This document shows positions 12,768-25,632 of a stretch of 64,000 nucleotides of DNA, piece after piece; positions within the stretch are counted from its first letter, which is position 1; every line of letters starts with the position of its first letter. The stretch comes from Ptychomitrium polyphyllum. Taxonomy: Eukaryota. Position numbers and translations under genes: made by a program. A model generated the notes under the pieces. That model did not search any database. It was not told the DNA's origin and saw nothing but the letters and a program-made list of their open reading frames with translations. The DNA lies in assembly GCA_973851085.1 (NCBI GenBank), contig OZ316775.1, positions 15,314,001 through 15,378,000 on the forward strand. Direction: 5' to 3'.

Positions 12768-15700
12768 GAAGCAATCCTAAAATCTATTGTAGGTAGATAA
12801 GGTTTTTCTTAAAGTTGTATTTTATAATCTGAAGGTCATCTACCATTACTTAGATCATAATACATATATGTTAGTATTTCATTCTTGTAACAATGTCCAT
12901 GCACTAAATTATATCCTTAAATATTGCAATATTCTTGTTTGTTAAATCTTTAAGTTATACAATGCAAGGCTTCTTAGGTCCATTTCAAATTAGTAGGTGA
13001 TTATAATGAATTGTGTTATATTTAGTTGAAATATAAGTTTTATCAAATTTTGTATTAAACTATTAAGACCTCCACTTTAAGTATATAAATGAGTTGTATA
13101 AATAAAAAAGTTGATAGTTATATAAACAATGTGTCTAATTAAATAATACATTTGATGTGCTTCTTATTTAATTTTTTATTGTATCAAAATTTGATAAGAA
13201 AATTGAACATCATTTTAGTATATCTCTAATTGAAAGAAATTGATTCAAGCATCTAATAGTTTGATATCAAATAATTGTACATGACAAACATTTAAATTTT
13301 TTTTTGTTATTTATTAAACCATTCTATAATTCACAATACAACAAATTCTACAATAATTTATTTTAAATTATGTTTTGCATCTTTTACACGTCTCTTTAAC
13401 ATTGATCAACATATTATTTAATATGTTTCATAATACATTGTGCATTGTACAATCAACACCTATTTGTATATTTTTCATAGTTATCAAATTCAAATATTTC
13501 CATATTAGACACATTTATTTTGGTAAAATGAAATGTAACTTCAATCCCCCACCCTTACCTTTCAAGAAACAGAAAGATCTCCAAATTTGAAGTGTTATTT
13601 CTTCATGAAGAATACATTCTATTTGAAATGCATACATCATTCGAAATATATCCATTACATTGGAAATACATACCCTTACACTGGGAATGCATACAATGGA
13701 CTGGGTACCAAAACATTATACTTGGAGTGGAACCTTCGATCAGGGATGAATGAGTGGCCCCACGTGGTGGATGATAGTGTGAAGACGGACAGAAAACCGA
13801 ACGGGAGACAACAACGCGCGGGTGATGGAAGTTGCAGGAAACGCCAGTGGCGGCGGCGGTACAATTTGAATTCCCGCCTTTTGGTCGCCGATGCCCAACT
13901 AACTCAACCCTAGTTAGTCTCTGTTCTGTGGAGCCTGGGGTTTTTCTGGCCTGGCTCCCATGCACGCTCCAGCAGCGCCATCGATCCACTCTCCCGGCGC
14001 TCAGCGATCCTAGACCATCGCACTCTCACACCATCGCTTGCGTATGCTCGGACCTCGCAGGACCTGCCTGAGTCCGTAGAGCCTCTCTGGACGGCGAAGC
14101 AGTGACGGCGTGTATCAGAGCGGAAGCGCGGAAATGTAGGAATGCTGTAGGCTCCGTGTGGATGTGTGGCTTTTTCGACGCAATTGCGGGATTGATCTTG
14201 AGTTAGGAGCGTGGCGAGCTGGAGGTCGGTGAGCTGTTGGTTTGAAGGTACCGAGGAAACATGATTTTGGTTGTGGAGTAGTGGACGATGGTTTGAGTGC
14301 TGGCATCTCTTCAGGTGTGGACCAAGAGTATGTTCATTCGACTCGAGCAGTCGCGTATGCTCGGACCGCGGAGGATCTCACTTCGATACAAGCTCTGTTT
14401 CTTCCATGGTTATCTTAGTCAGTGACGCCGTGATGCGACAGGGAGCGCGCAGGAGTAGGACTAGAGTAGGACTAGAGTAGTCTGTATGTGAATGCGTGGA
14501 GTTTTGAGGCAATTGTGGGGTTAAGCCCGAGGTAGGAGCGTAGCGGGCTATTGCGTTTAAGGTGGTGAGGAAGTTCGATTGGTTGGAAACCGAATCTTGA
14601 TTGTAGAGTTGTCGGTGATGGTTCGAGTGTCGTGAGGATGGGATTCTGGAGCCGTGGTTGTTTGGTTCGCCAGGGGATCGGTTGTAGATCGTCAGTTCTG
14701 ACATTGTACTGAGTGACACAGATATGGTCAGAGAGAATGGCGTGGCTGCATTCTGCCGATCTATTAGTCTTTGTTCCTGTGGCTTGTGTCTGTTTGGAGT
14801 GGTATGGCCACTGAATGGTAGTAGAGCAAGATTTCTTGAATTGGAGACGTATTCTTTAGGGTATCCTCGAGTCTGAGGATGTAGTGTGCTTGCTCTTGTT
14901 GGCTCTCTTCTCTTCACGTCTTGTGGTCGTGGAAGCTAACTCGCGTACCACTTGTCCGGAGCGATTCTCGTGCGCAACGCCTTTCTTAGAACTGGCCGCT
15001 GAGGTTCTTTCTCATATTTCTTTTCCAAGAACGAGTAGTAGCAGCGGGAACGGGCTTCATTTTATAGGAGATAGCTCTTTTTTTTTGCAGCGACACCACG
15101 TAGAATGCTGAACTACTCTGCCTTCATCTCCTGTGCTCCGCTGGGTAGGGGACTGTAATTGTCCGCATTACTCACTTCACTAAATAACCGTTGCAAAATT
15201 CTACCCTATTTTGCTTTTAGGATGAGCATGATCTATACTACTTTCTGTGAGCGTGCTATGTCTATCATCAATGCTGTTCTCCAGCTATTTCTTCAGGAGA
15301 GTTCAGGTTGTAGCTTCCACCTTGTTCTTGTTGTAGAAGGAGCTTTGGATGCTGTGGCGTAAAGAGACCACCCAACCACCCCTGCTACTCGAAATAGATC
15401 ATAAGCTAACGATCATTCTCGAGCAGAATTTACCGTTAATGAAGCTTGGATGCTTGCAGCAGGTGGATGAGTGCCACCTGTAGTGGAATTTGAAATTTCT
15501 AGCGGTTTCGGGAGCTGCTTTTCGTGGATAGAGGTGTTATTATAGACCATGGGGCATGACTTTTGAGAGAACAGCTCTTCAAATCTCTAACTCTGCTGCT
15601 AAGGAAGATGCGGCCTCCAGTTTTTAGTTCTTTCAACTGCTTGGAAATTTGAACTGATGTATAAACGCAGGAGGAATCAAGAGATCATCCCATCAGATTC

Positions 15701-16116
15701 ATTGCTCTCTACATTTAAGGTTCCTGGCAACGAATTCTGATTTGAATTAGTTGCTGGGCTCTTGGAGCAACAACCAGATGTGAATTAGTATACCCGTTCA
15801 ATGTCTGGGCATTTAAAAGATATCTTGCTAGTTTAAACCTGTCTGTTTGCCGTCTCTCATACCGTTGTGTTGTTCAAACAGTGATCAGATTGTGCTGGTT
15901 TTTTCTGTGGTTGTGTTGCAGAGTAATATTATCCAATCAGAGTTAGGTTGGAATGGGGCAGGGCTAGCTTTAGCAGACAATTGACCACTAACATCTCTTG
16001 TTGAGCGTGACAAGAACCAATATATGATCAATAAAGCACGATCTAATGTAGCCTCTTTGTCATCTTACCATGTAAATCAGGGCCCTCTGACGATATACCC
16101 ATCTGACCTCAAAATC

Positions 16117-19100
16117 ATGGCCACTCCCTGCGAACCCCCAGTTAGTGTGGCAGCACCAGCTGCTGGAGTAGTACCTGGTCGAGGGCCCATGAGAATGCCG
16201 AGGAGGCAACGCTGGGTACCTACTGGAATATTGGCAAGAAAAGACGAAGTTGTTGTACCTGTGGCCCCTCCTCCGCAGTATCAGGTTAGTCCATCTGCTA
16301 TACCTCACTGAAAATACATTTCATTGAAGTTCTGGAGGTGGCTGTAATGTTGGCCTTCATTTGACCTAGATCTTGCTCAAGGAAGAGCTCAGTCATTGAG
16401 GTCAACTTTGATTATTTAGGTCTTAATTGAATTTATGTGCATGGCGTGTGTGCTGAAGAAAATTGTGGGGGTACAAGAAGAACCTGAAGAAGAGGAGGCA
16501 TTTCTGCCAGAGGGCACTCCTTTGTTGTCGGTCGCAGGTATAGAGATGCCTGAGAGTGCAGTTGGACCTGCTTTGGAGTTTCTTGAATTCTGCTCTGCAT
16601 TTTACAAGGTGAGTGATCTGTTTCAACGTGGATATTGTCAGCGGGTCCATGTAAGGTGCTTCTTTCAAGCTGTCGCCATAAGTGCACTTTACTGCGACTG
16701 TATACTTCTGAGTGACTGGTACTGGTTTGTTGCCTCTTACGATTGATGCGCTCATATTGATTTTTTTTCACGAATTTATATCATGTTTGCAGCCGCTTGG
16801 AATGAAGAAGTTGGAGGCAGAGAGGGCCCTGCAAGAGGCTGTCAGAGGATGCAATCTGAAAAAAGGAAGTCAGTGCCAAATGGTGCAAGTCCATGTGCGT
16901 CTTCTGTCTGTGATACTTTATGAAAGCGATGAACCGTAAGTGCATATATTCATGCCTAAAGCCTGTTATACTACTACTGTAGGTTTAATTCAGGTTTCCA
17001 TGGGCGTACCTATATTATAGAATCTTTATGATTTGAACATGGTCTTTTTCTGAATTTTCCTTGAGCATCAGTGTCGCAAATAGATCCTCTTAGCAATGTT
17101 TTAGTCAGATAACCTAGAACATGTGTACATCTTGCAACCTCAATGCCACCTTATCCTTGGAAGCCGGTTCATGAAGTCAATGTATGATTCTTATGATTGT
17201 ATGATTGTTAGTGTAATTATTTTTTACCCTGTATCTATATTCAGTTTACATGTCTGAGATTCTTGCAGGAAACATATTTCTGTTGGTGCAAAGTGCAAGA
17301 GTTCATGGCTTGAAGCCCTTAAAAATTACTTGTACAAGAAAGCACACCCTAATCTGAAGGGTGCACAGGTAAAGGATACAGAAGGTGAAGAAAGTATAGC
17401 TAAGGAAGCTGAAGCTGAGTGCTCGTCCAAACCATTTCCACTACTGTCAGATTCAGTAGCATCACCTTCTAATTCAGCTTTCTCCCCTCTTCAAGAATCA
17501 GTGCTGAAGTATGTTAAAGCGCTTGAGAGTGGAGTTGATGGTTATGAATCCCTTGCTGTCGAGGAGAAGCTACGACTTCTTAATTTGCTTTGCAACGATG
17601 TACTCAGCACATCGTATGTGTCATCCTTACCTATCTGGATCCTGAGCTACGAAGTGCTTTGCTTGTACTTGATTATTCTTGTCGTAAACTTCTGTACGAT
17701 CTATCACTTTGTCTGTCGGTAGCGTTTGCTCAATGTGCATGGAGAGTTGCACTTATTGGTGTACACTTATTTGTGCTTGAAAGCGATCTTGGTGTGTTGG
17801 TTTGGATATATTCTGTTTTCTGCAGTTAAGGTTAATTGGGATTCCTTCTGATCTTTAAAAACGTCTATCGATTGGAATGTTTATGCAGGGTATTAAGAGG
17901 GCATATCGAGAGTGTAATGCTCGAGTATGACGAAAATAGAAGGGAAGAGAGAGAGAAGTCCAAGGCTGCCAAGAAAAAGGTATTTACATGCTCATTCTGA
18001 GTTGTCTCTAGCCACCTGCTGTGTATTTCAGGCAGCTGCTCATTTTGTCTGCACATGGAACCTTGTTGATTTCCCCATTCAAGTTTGCCTTATGCATTGA
18101 TATATCGCCTGATGCAGGCGAAATTGGAACAAGAGAAGCAGAAGGAGTGCTTGTTGACAGGGGGCAAAAGTAATGGTGCTCAGACTTTGGAGCAAGAATC
18201 TGAAAGAATTGCAAAGCTTAGAGCTCATTCTTTGAAACCATCAACCTCGGAACCCAGTAATTCAAAAGATCCTGGATCAAAAGGTGTAATCTTGAGTCCT
18301 CGCCCTACGGTTCATGTCTGTCTTATTTCACTGTCAGCAAGTTCGGATGATTGCGCTCTTGATGTCCCAAAATAGACTTCCAGAGCATCTACATCCAGTT
18401 ACCACTTGTTCAACATCGAAGTCACTAAATTGTTAAATGCTAGGATGAAATGTTTTATACCGGAGCCACTATATATTTAGTACATTGGTCTGACTGATAG
18501 AAGCAAATCATGTCGCTAATTTTAATGTAGAATATACTCCTGACAATCTTTGAGGCATTTGTGAGATCAGAGGCCCTCAGAAGTGATGCAGTCAAAACTG
18601 AGGCATTACTCTGGGAGAACGGATCACGTGCCCTCTGGAAGCTGAAGGGAGGAAACAATCGCACAACTCTAGCCCGTCAAGGTACGAAGGTTTTCTGTTA
18701 TGCCCAAATAATGCTCAAGTGCGCTGTAGCTGATGTATCAGGTTTGAGTGATGCTCTTGCAATTTGCTGGTCTCTTTCGCTGTGTAAACCAGTAGAAGTA
18801 GGAGTCTAACTATAATCGTATTTAGAAATTAGTACTGAAAATTTTATGCTTGATTTACCCTGTTCGAGGTGTACGAAGTGTCGAGAGTTTCTCTCTTGCT
18901 TGGATGGTAAGTGATGCTTTTCATTTTTATGCACTTCTAGTCTATCAATTTGCCTAGGTCATATAGTGATGAATAATATTAGAGTTGGTGTCTTACAATC
19001 TATCTAGGTCTATGTTTCGAAATTTAAAAAAAAACCTATGTATTTTCAGATATAACCGACATTGAAGGCATCCCGAAAGAGAAGTGGACAGTGTACTCAG

Positions 19101-19366
19101 AGAAGGACAAGGAGGTCATTGCTATTTATCTTAATCAGAAAAAAAACGGCCGAAGAAAGGCTAGCAAGCGATACAAGTTGAAGACAATCGAAAGCCATCC
19201 GATGTCATTAGTGGATGCTGGAACGGATGCCATGGAAATATCTACTGATAAAGCCGGTGTGAAACAAGATTTGGCCTCGTATGGTGATAGAGATGTATCG
19301 TCATCCTCAGATAGCGAGTCTGACCAAGAGTCTGAGCCTGAGCCTGAACCTGAGCCTGAAGAGTGA
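16117..19366 (+). CDS. DDT-domain / WHIM1 / WSD (WHIM2-3) chromatin protein, ~8 exons
   Basis: Exons ~16117-16284, 16459-16608, 16793-16935, 17269-17613, 17889-17979, 18118-18283, ~18570-18681, 19050-19366. LPEGTPLLSVAGIEMPESAVGPALEFLEFCSAFYK (DDT), GYESLAVEEKLRLLNLLCNDVLST (WHIM1), RSDAVKTEALLWENG (WHIM2), EKWTVYSEKDKEVI (WHIM3). Resembles the C-terminal part of plant zf-4CXXC_R1/DDT proteins. Confidence 0.75.
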
Positions 19367-21157
19367 TTTAGTTCACATTACTTTGGATGTCTACTAGTAA
19401 GGATTGGAGAACCACTTTGGCGAATGAATCGAGGAGCCAAATTGAAGCTGTAATTTATCCTCGGAAACCCCAACTTGAGCCAAACTCAATCTGCAAGTGG
19501 GTTTCAATTTGATGAGTGTTAGATTCGGAGGTTGTAAGCGGTAACTGAATTTTGAGGATTGACGTTGATTTGGTAGATGCTTATATTTCTCATATCAGCT
19601 TTTGTTGTATTTTCTGGAAGCGTGTAGGCTACACAAACATTCCAGATGTTTATTCATGGGAGGTCCTAGTGCAGGTTTCTTGAACTTACTGGACATGATG
19701 CTGTTAGCTAAACTCTAGCACAATGGTAACTGCCCTGTATCAAACCTGAGTGCAGCATTGGGGCGGAGTAGGATGCAGTACGGTATAGTACTGATTGTAA
19801 AGAGGACGAGAAATCAGGTTGAGGGCTTCGACACATTCGAAATCCTGGTCTCGACACATTTGATTATCTGATTTTGACTCATTGAAGTTCATCTACAGTG
19901 TTACTGATCGATATTTTATCAAGTTTCGAGTGTATTTTGATATTGATTAATGCGTTAAGAGGCTCGTCGTGTTGGGATGAAAATAGAATCTGATTTGACA
20001 CCCGATATCTTTGTCTACACAAGAATTTGTATACTTGGATTTTTGAACTTGCTTTGGTTATGTGAATTTTGTCTGTCGGGTTGTCTGGTTATTAATCCTG
20101 CCCCTCGTTGATACTACAGAGCTTAGGAGCCGAAGAAAACGAGTTAAGTAAACTAAGTGTTGGTGGTAGGCTCGTGAACAGTGGAAGTTAGTTCACAGCG
20201 ACAGCTAAGTTAGATTGCTTCTATGATCCGAGACCAGGAGAATTTCCAGGACGTTTGTGACAAAACCGTCAGCGGCAGCAGAGGACAACGAGATCTTTGA
20301 ACTTATTTAGTTAGCAAGGATGCATGTTTAGACAATTGACCAGGTATTGGCAATTCGTATTTATTCTCGGAACACAGTACAGAATTAATGCCAGATATAT
20401 TTGCCTTCTCAGAGGTTACGCTGGACAGGAATCAGGTGTCACCAAATAAGATATGTAGGATTTAATACTAATAGCAATTATTTCTCGAGCTGTAGCAATC
20501 AACTCTCTCGAGGGGCAGCTCCGAGTGATCTGTAGGGAGATGTTTTGTCGACAACTGCACGAAGTTCAAGGACACTGATGTCAGTGATCTTTACGGTATT
20601 AGTATTGAGATCGTGCCCCTGCAAACAGCTCGTTGCAAACAGCAAGACCTTGTGAAGGACATCATGCTAGACTGTCTACCTCTCGAGAGGAACAAACTCA
20701 CCATAGTTATCAACATTTCACCTTCTCCCAACAGCACACCTGCAACTCAGCGAATCCAGCCGAAGGACTTCCTTTTAATGCAGATGAAAGAGGTAACAAG
20801 GAATGTGAGAAGCAATGCAGAGTCCCATTTCTTACGATAGCCATTTTAGAATTGCACGCAACTTCCAGGACTACGGACTTTGCACGCCACAAATAATTGC
20901 ATCATCGGATCGCTCATTAGTTGGAAACTAACGTAGGGTGGAGCAAACGTTGAGGAAACACACGACACGCAACATCAGTTGCAGTAATCATCTACAACTC
21001 TTGCATCATGAAGATGCCCCGGAAGATGCGTAACCCTTGTGTTTACGCAGAATAATTTGACACAAACGACGGTTCTAGTGCAGCAGCATTGAATGAATTG
21101 AAATTTTAGTGGAACGAGAACTCGAGGAACTTACCAACTAGTCTTCTCAATTCCTTC

Positions 21158-21961
21158 TCACGGATCAGCGGTGGATCTCGCCGGATCATCATGCAACAAG
21201 CTAGAATGAGTCGTGCTGGCAGGGACGGTAGCGTCCAGCCTAAACCCAATGCCATTCCTCGCTGCAGGTGCAAAGCTGAGCAAGAACGAAATCACCGCTC
21301 CAACAATAAGAGGAACCGCTTTCTGCACTGCTGAGCTCAAACTCTTGAAGTAACACTTCGCCACGGGATCTGTGAGGAGCGACAATGCAGCGAAAGCCGA
21401 CAAGGACATAGTGGCATTCACAAAATCAAACATCCGCAAGGTGAACTTATCCCCGCCCGCTGTGTAGTACGCACCCGTAACCCCGGGGATGCTAGAACCT
21501 TGGAACGCGGGGTTCCATAGCCCCTTGGGAGTGACAAGCCCGTAGTGAACCTTGCCAGTGCTCGGGATCTTCACACTGTCTGTGAAGCTCGAGATCACAA
21601 TCATGGCCGCGAAGACGCCGAGGAGCGTTCCAGATACGATCTGCTCTGTGGAGCCGCAGACGCCGTCGTTGGTGGCTAGTGGGGCGATCAATTGAAAAGC
21701 CATAAAGGTGCTCGTGGGTAGGATATTGGTGAGCTGGGTGAGGATATCCTTCGTAGACTTGGCGGTGTCGCTGGAGCTGGAGCTTGGACCTGACATATTG
21801 AAGTACTCTTTGATGAGGGGAATTATCTTCTTCAGTTGCTCGTACACCTTCTTGATGATGTCCAACCACGACGTGGAGCTGCTCGGTCTGGTGGTTCTCA
21901 TGGGCTTTCTGGATAAAGCGATGTCCCCTGCTGCCGCACGTGAAGGTAATTCCAAGTTCAT
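21158..21961 (-). CDS. DMP: DMP (DUF679 domain membrane protein), intronless CDS
   Basis: LTNILPTSTFMAFQLIAPLATNDGVC, SSFTDS, GKVHYGLVTPKGLW, LRMFDFVNA, PAARNGIG are DUF679 signature segments with four hydrophobic stretches. The true start may be the downstream MSGPSS. Confidence 0.88.
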   Translation of the reverse strand: MNLELPSRAAAGDIALSRKPMRTTRPSSSTSWLDIIKKVYEQLKKIIPLIKEYFNMSGPSSSSSDTAKSTKDILTQLTNILPTSTFMAFQLIAPLATNDGVCGSTEQIVSGTLLGVFAAMIVISSFTDSVKIPSTGKVHYGLVTPKGLWNPAFQGSSIPGVTGAYYTAGGDKFTLRMFDFVNATMSLSAFAALSLLTDPVAKCYFKSLSSAVQKAVPLIVGAVISFLLSFAPAARNGIGFRLDATVPASTTHSSLLHDDPARSTADP

Positions 21962-24900
21962 GTGTGCCTGTAGTCCAAATGACTTCCTCCCTGCAACAAT
22001 TCAGCCGAGCAACTTGCTCAATCAGAATCATCACAGCAACTTCAAATGGCTAAGAATGCAATGTGCTGTATGGTTCCGGCAATAAATCTGCCATGTTTAG
22101 AGTGTTGCCTATGTGGTGATGAGTCTACCACAACAGCAGATGATGATTCATGCAATAGATTCGTTCATGCGACATGTATCTACCGAGTTATGGCCACGCC
22201 AGGACCGTCACCGATGAGCTGAAGCAAGGCGTTAAAGCAGCAATTGTGATAAGAAATTTCAACAAAAGCATGCTCAATCACAAAGACGTTAATATGACTC
22301 CCATCCCATAACATCAATTGAAGCATTCACAATGATCTTTTTCATGAACTGCAATTCAATTAGTTGTGGCTGCATGATGAGCATTACCGGTGAGACCAGC
22401 GATGGCGGTGAGAAAGGTGAAACTGGATACAGGCTTACTTGGATACTGTTGTTAGCGAGAGACGCGGAATTTATATACGAAGTGGATTAGATATGAAGAA
22501 GCGAAGAAGTGAACTCGGCGATACCTGGTGGGCGGGACATGCCGACATGGCCATGGCTGCCGTGCACGCAACTCTTCATCCGTCCGGGCTGAAATTCATC
22601 CATATTTTACTATTGTAGTCTCTCCTTGAAGCCTCCATTGAACCCCACAAGTCTCCCTTTCTAAGGTTCAGATGAGTAGGACTAGTCGACCTACTTGCTT
22701 CTGTTCTTTTCATGAAGTGCACATCAATTTGGTTGAATTCGGTTTTTGTAACAATCATTTTGTGAACGGTGGATAAAGAAGTTCTGCTGTACTTGAACAA
22801 CAGAGTTGGAACACTGATGAATACCGTATTGGATTAGGCACCTTGAAGTTCGAACTTGGTTAGACGTAAGAGCATAGTGAACTTAAAATACTGGATTATC
22901 AGAACAACCGCTGAGTAACAGCACCAGCACCAACCCAGCTTGGTTGTTTAGTTTACAAGCTATAATAATGTCAAGGTTCTTCTGGTCGTAAGGCAAACCA
23001 GAAAGATTGGAAAAATGTTTTAAGATTGTTGCCAAATTAATGAATCTGCTAGCAAAGGGACATTGTCCTCGGGAGATTATTTTATATAGATCTGAGGGTT
23101 GCAGTCCAGGCAACAATGTATACGACCTGCAAAGTAGCTGTGGCCTTCCTGGTGGCAGTTCTGATAAGCAATTCTGTTTCTGGTAGGTTCCTGTCATCTT
23201 GTGAGGCATATACCTAAGTGGAGCATCGCTGGTTTGTACTTACGTTTTCTTCTAACAGGTAAAACTCACACTTCATTTCAGCTTGAACTTGTGGATGGTA
23301 TATTGGGACCCTGACACAATATGCTACACGTATAGTGCACCGTACTCATGCTGTCTGGAATTTGCTGCAGTCTTAAGCAACCACAAGCTTCGAACTTGCT
23401 CACATACTCAACATGAGGTCGTACTACTTGTCCTGGAAAATTAGTCAATGTGTTTTTCAAGTAATCAAGTCTTTCTTCGATTACTTTGGAGGTCGCAAAT
23501 TCGCCCTCAGTACCTATTGCTGCCCATAAGCTGTCTGGATGGCAATTCCTTCCCCTAAAAGTATACTGTAATCTCTGGAACCAAGTTTCCGTCTACTAGG
23601 ATATTGCAGATTCTTTTGCCACAACAGTGTTTAGCACTTAGCACGAAGCACCCGTTTTGTAAAAAGAGACCCATAATTATTAAAAAGCAGATCAAGGCCA
23701 TTTAGGACTCTCACAGGTGATGTGTGGAAAGCAAATACTTGAAGAAACAAGGCTTGTCACACTTGTAATATTTTGCAGAATTCTTGGAATCACATGGCCG
23801 TTGTCAGAAACAAGGGGCTCTTCTTTTGTTGATCCTTGGGTGATGAACAAGGGTTCTAAAGAGTGTTATGGATACTACAAGACCCTTATTACTTCTGTAT
23901 AGTAGAGTATCTCACGCCTCTTGTGATGTACATGTAATTTGTGTGGAAATATAGTGATATAATTTTTTGTTAAGCAAGTTAAGGCAACAGTCTTCAATAC
24001 GCTGAAGCTTGCGAGTGAGGAAAGTCAATCAAAAGACTACAACTAATGCTGACAGATAACTTGGATATTCAGCATTTGAAGCCTCAAATTGAAGCTTGAT
24101 ATTGATTGTGATTTGCAGATTGACCAATGAAAGCTACGCCATAGCTACCAATTCTTTCCAGCGTTCCAGAGTCATCAGTATCTAGGAGTTACACATGCAC
24201 TTGAACTTGTCGGTTGTCAACCACCAGGACTTAGAGTTTAAATCCATTTTGAATACCGGGAGTAAGCTACTAAGCACATATCTAACCTAAGTCGTGAAAT
24301 CAAAAGCAAAACCTGACCTGAAGTAGTCAATGGGAGTTCCAGCTTCAAACAGAAAAATAGCGTGTACGAAACAGCATGGTATATGGCATAATCCATCAAA
24401 GCTAGGAATGTTCTAGGATAATCTACAAGGTGTATTGACTAGTGCCCTCTCATTGATTCATCGACAGGCACAATTTACATCTAGCCGTTCCAGACACAAT
24501 CTATCAGAACATGACATATCTTGCGCATCTTGAGCGGCTATCTAGAGTCAATATAAAGTATGCACAATATCCAGTATTCGAAATTGATGCAACGCCTCAC
24601 CAAGGAATACTGTTCAGCTTCAGGGTGTCCCAATTAGGGTTTCGAATACTGAGATCATGGTGCATCTAACCAAAGAGATATGCATCATATCGAACATAAT
24701 CATAATATCAATCGAATCTCTGACATAGGATCCTTGTAAAATTCTGAACTTTGAACAGCTCAAATTTCGGTAATACTCCAGACTCACGTTCAGCTTAAAC
24801 CGAGTTCTTCTCATTCCATAACATCAACTAATATGTGTTCCTATCTCTTTGCAGAACAGGAAATTTATATTCTCATTTGGTTATTATCTCTTACTGTTTC

Positions 24901-25632
24901 CGAAGAATGAGCTGCAGAAAAAAAATTAATTCACCGATCTTCTCTGCTATATGAGGGGGATCCGAGGGTTGAATCCCCAAAATCAGCATGAAATTTGACA
25001 GATACTTTGGTCTCTCTGTGTTATCAGACGTTTAACCTCTTGCATGGATGCGAGGAGAGTGCATAGGTGTGCGATGGAGTCCTCAGAGCTGCAATGAAAA
25101 ATGCAATTTTAGGGTCGAAAGAAACACCACAAGCATTTGACAGAATGCGCTATAGTAGTCGTGGCAGATGTCAGCAAGAAGTGGCAATAATGAAGGCAAT
25201 ATTGCTTCATCATCGTCCTGCTACACTTTTCTGTTTTCTAAACCACGTCATAGCCTAAGGGCTTCGCTTACAGACCACGAAATTCTTTCTCTAGGCCAGC
25301 TCCAGGTATAAAGCTGGACTCATGTGACTCGATTCCACAGTTCGTTACTCCCGGACTTTGGATTACAATTCCGCCTGTTCTAAATCTACCTGTTTACGGT
25401 TCGACCACGCTCATTCACTTCGAAGAGCGTCGAGCTTGTGTGTTGGTTAGTGATTTTGTATATCTGTTGACCTTTGAAGGTAAGCTGCTGCTTCTTTACC
25501 TCTGAGGTGCTCAAAGATTCTATTCCACTTCTTCCTGTTTCATGCATATTGTTCCACAAATCGCTTAATGATAGAATGCAATGTTGTCAACAAAACTTTT
25601 ACTTCTGGTTGTTTTGAATCAGGCATTCGAAA

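Noticed and set aside
14040..14480. 15-bp direct repeat gcgtatgctcggacc (14040, 14353) and 11-bp tandem gagtaggacta
   Set aside because: Too short and isolated to support a functional call.
14378..14917. 179-aa minus-strand ORF
   Set aside because: No recognisable domain; antisense to the probable 5' UTR intron of the DDT gene.
22576..25258. Scattered 60-110 aa ORFs between DMP and the RG lyase
   Set aside because: No recognisable motifs or consistent exon structure; treated as intergenic.
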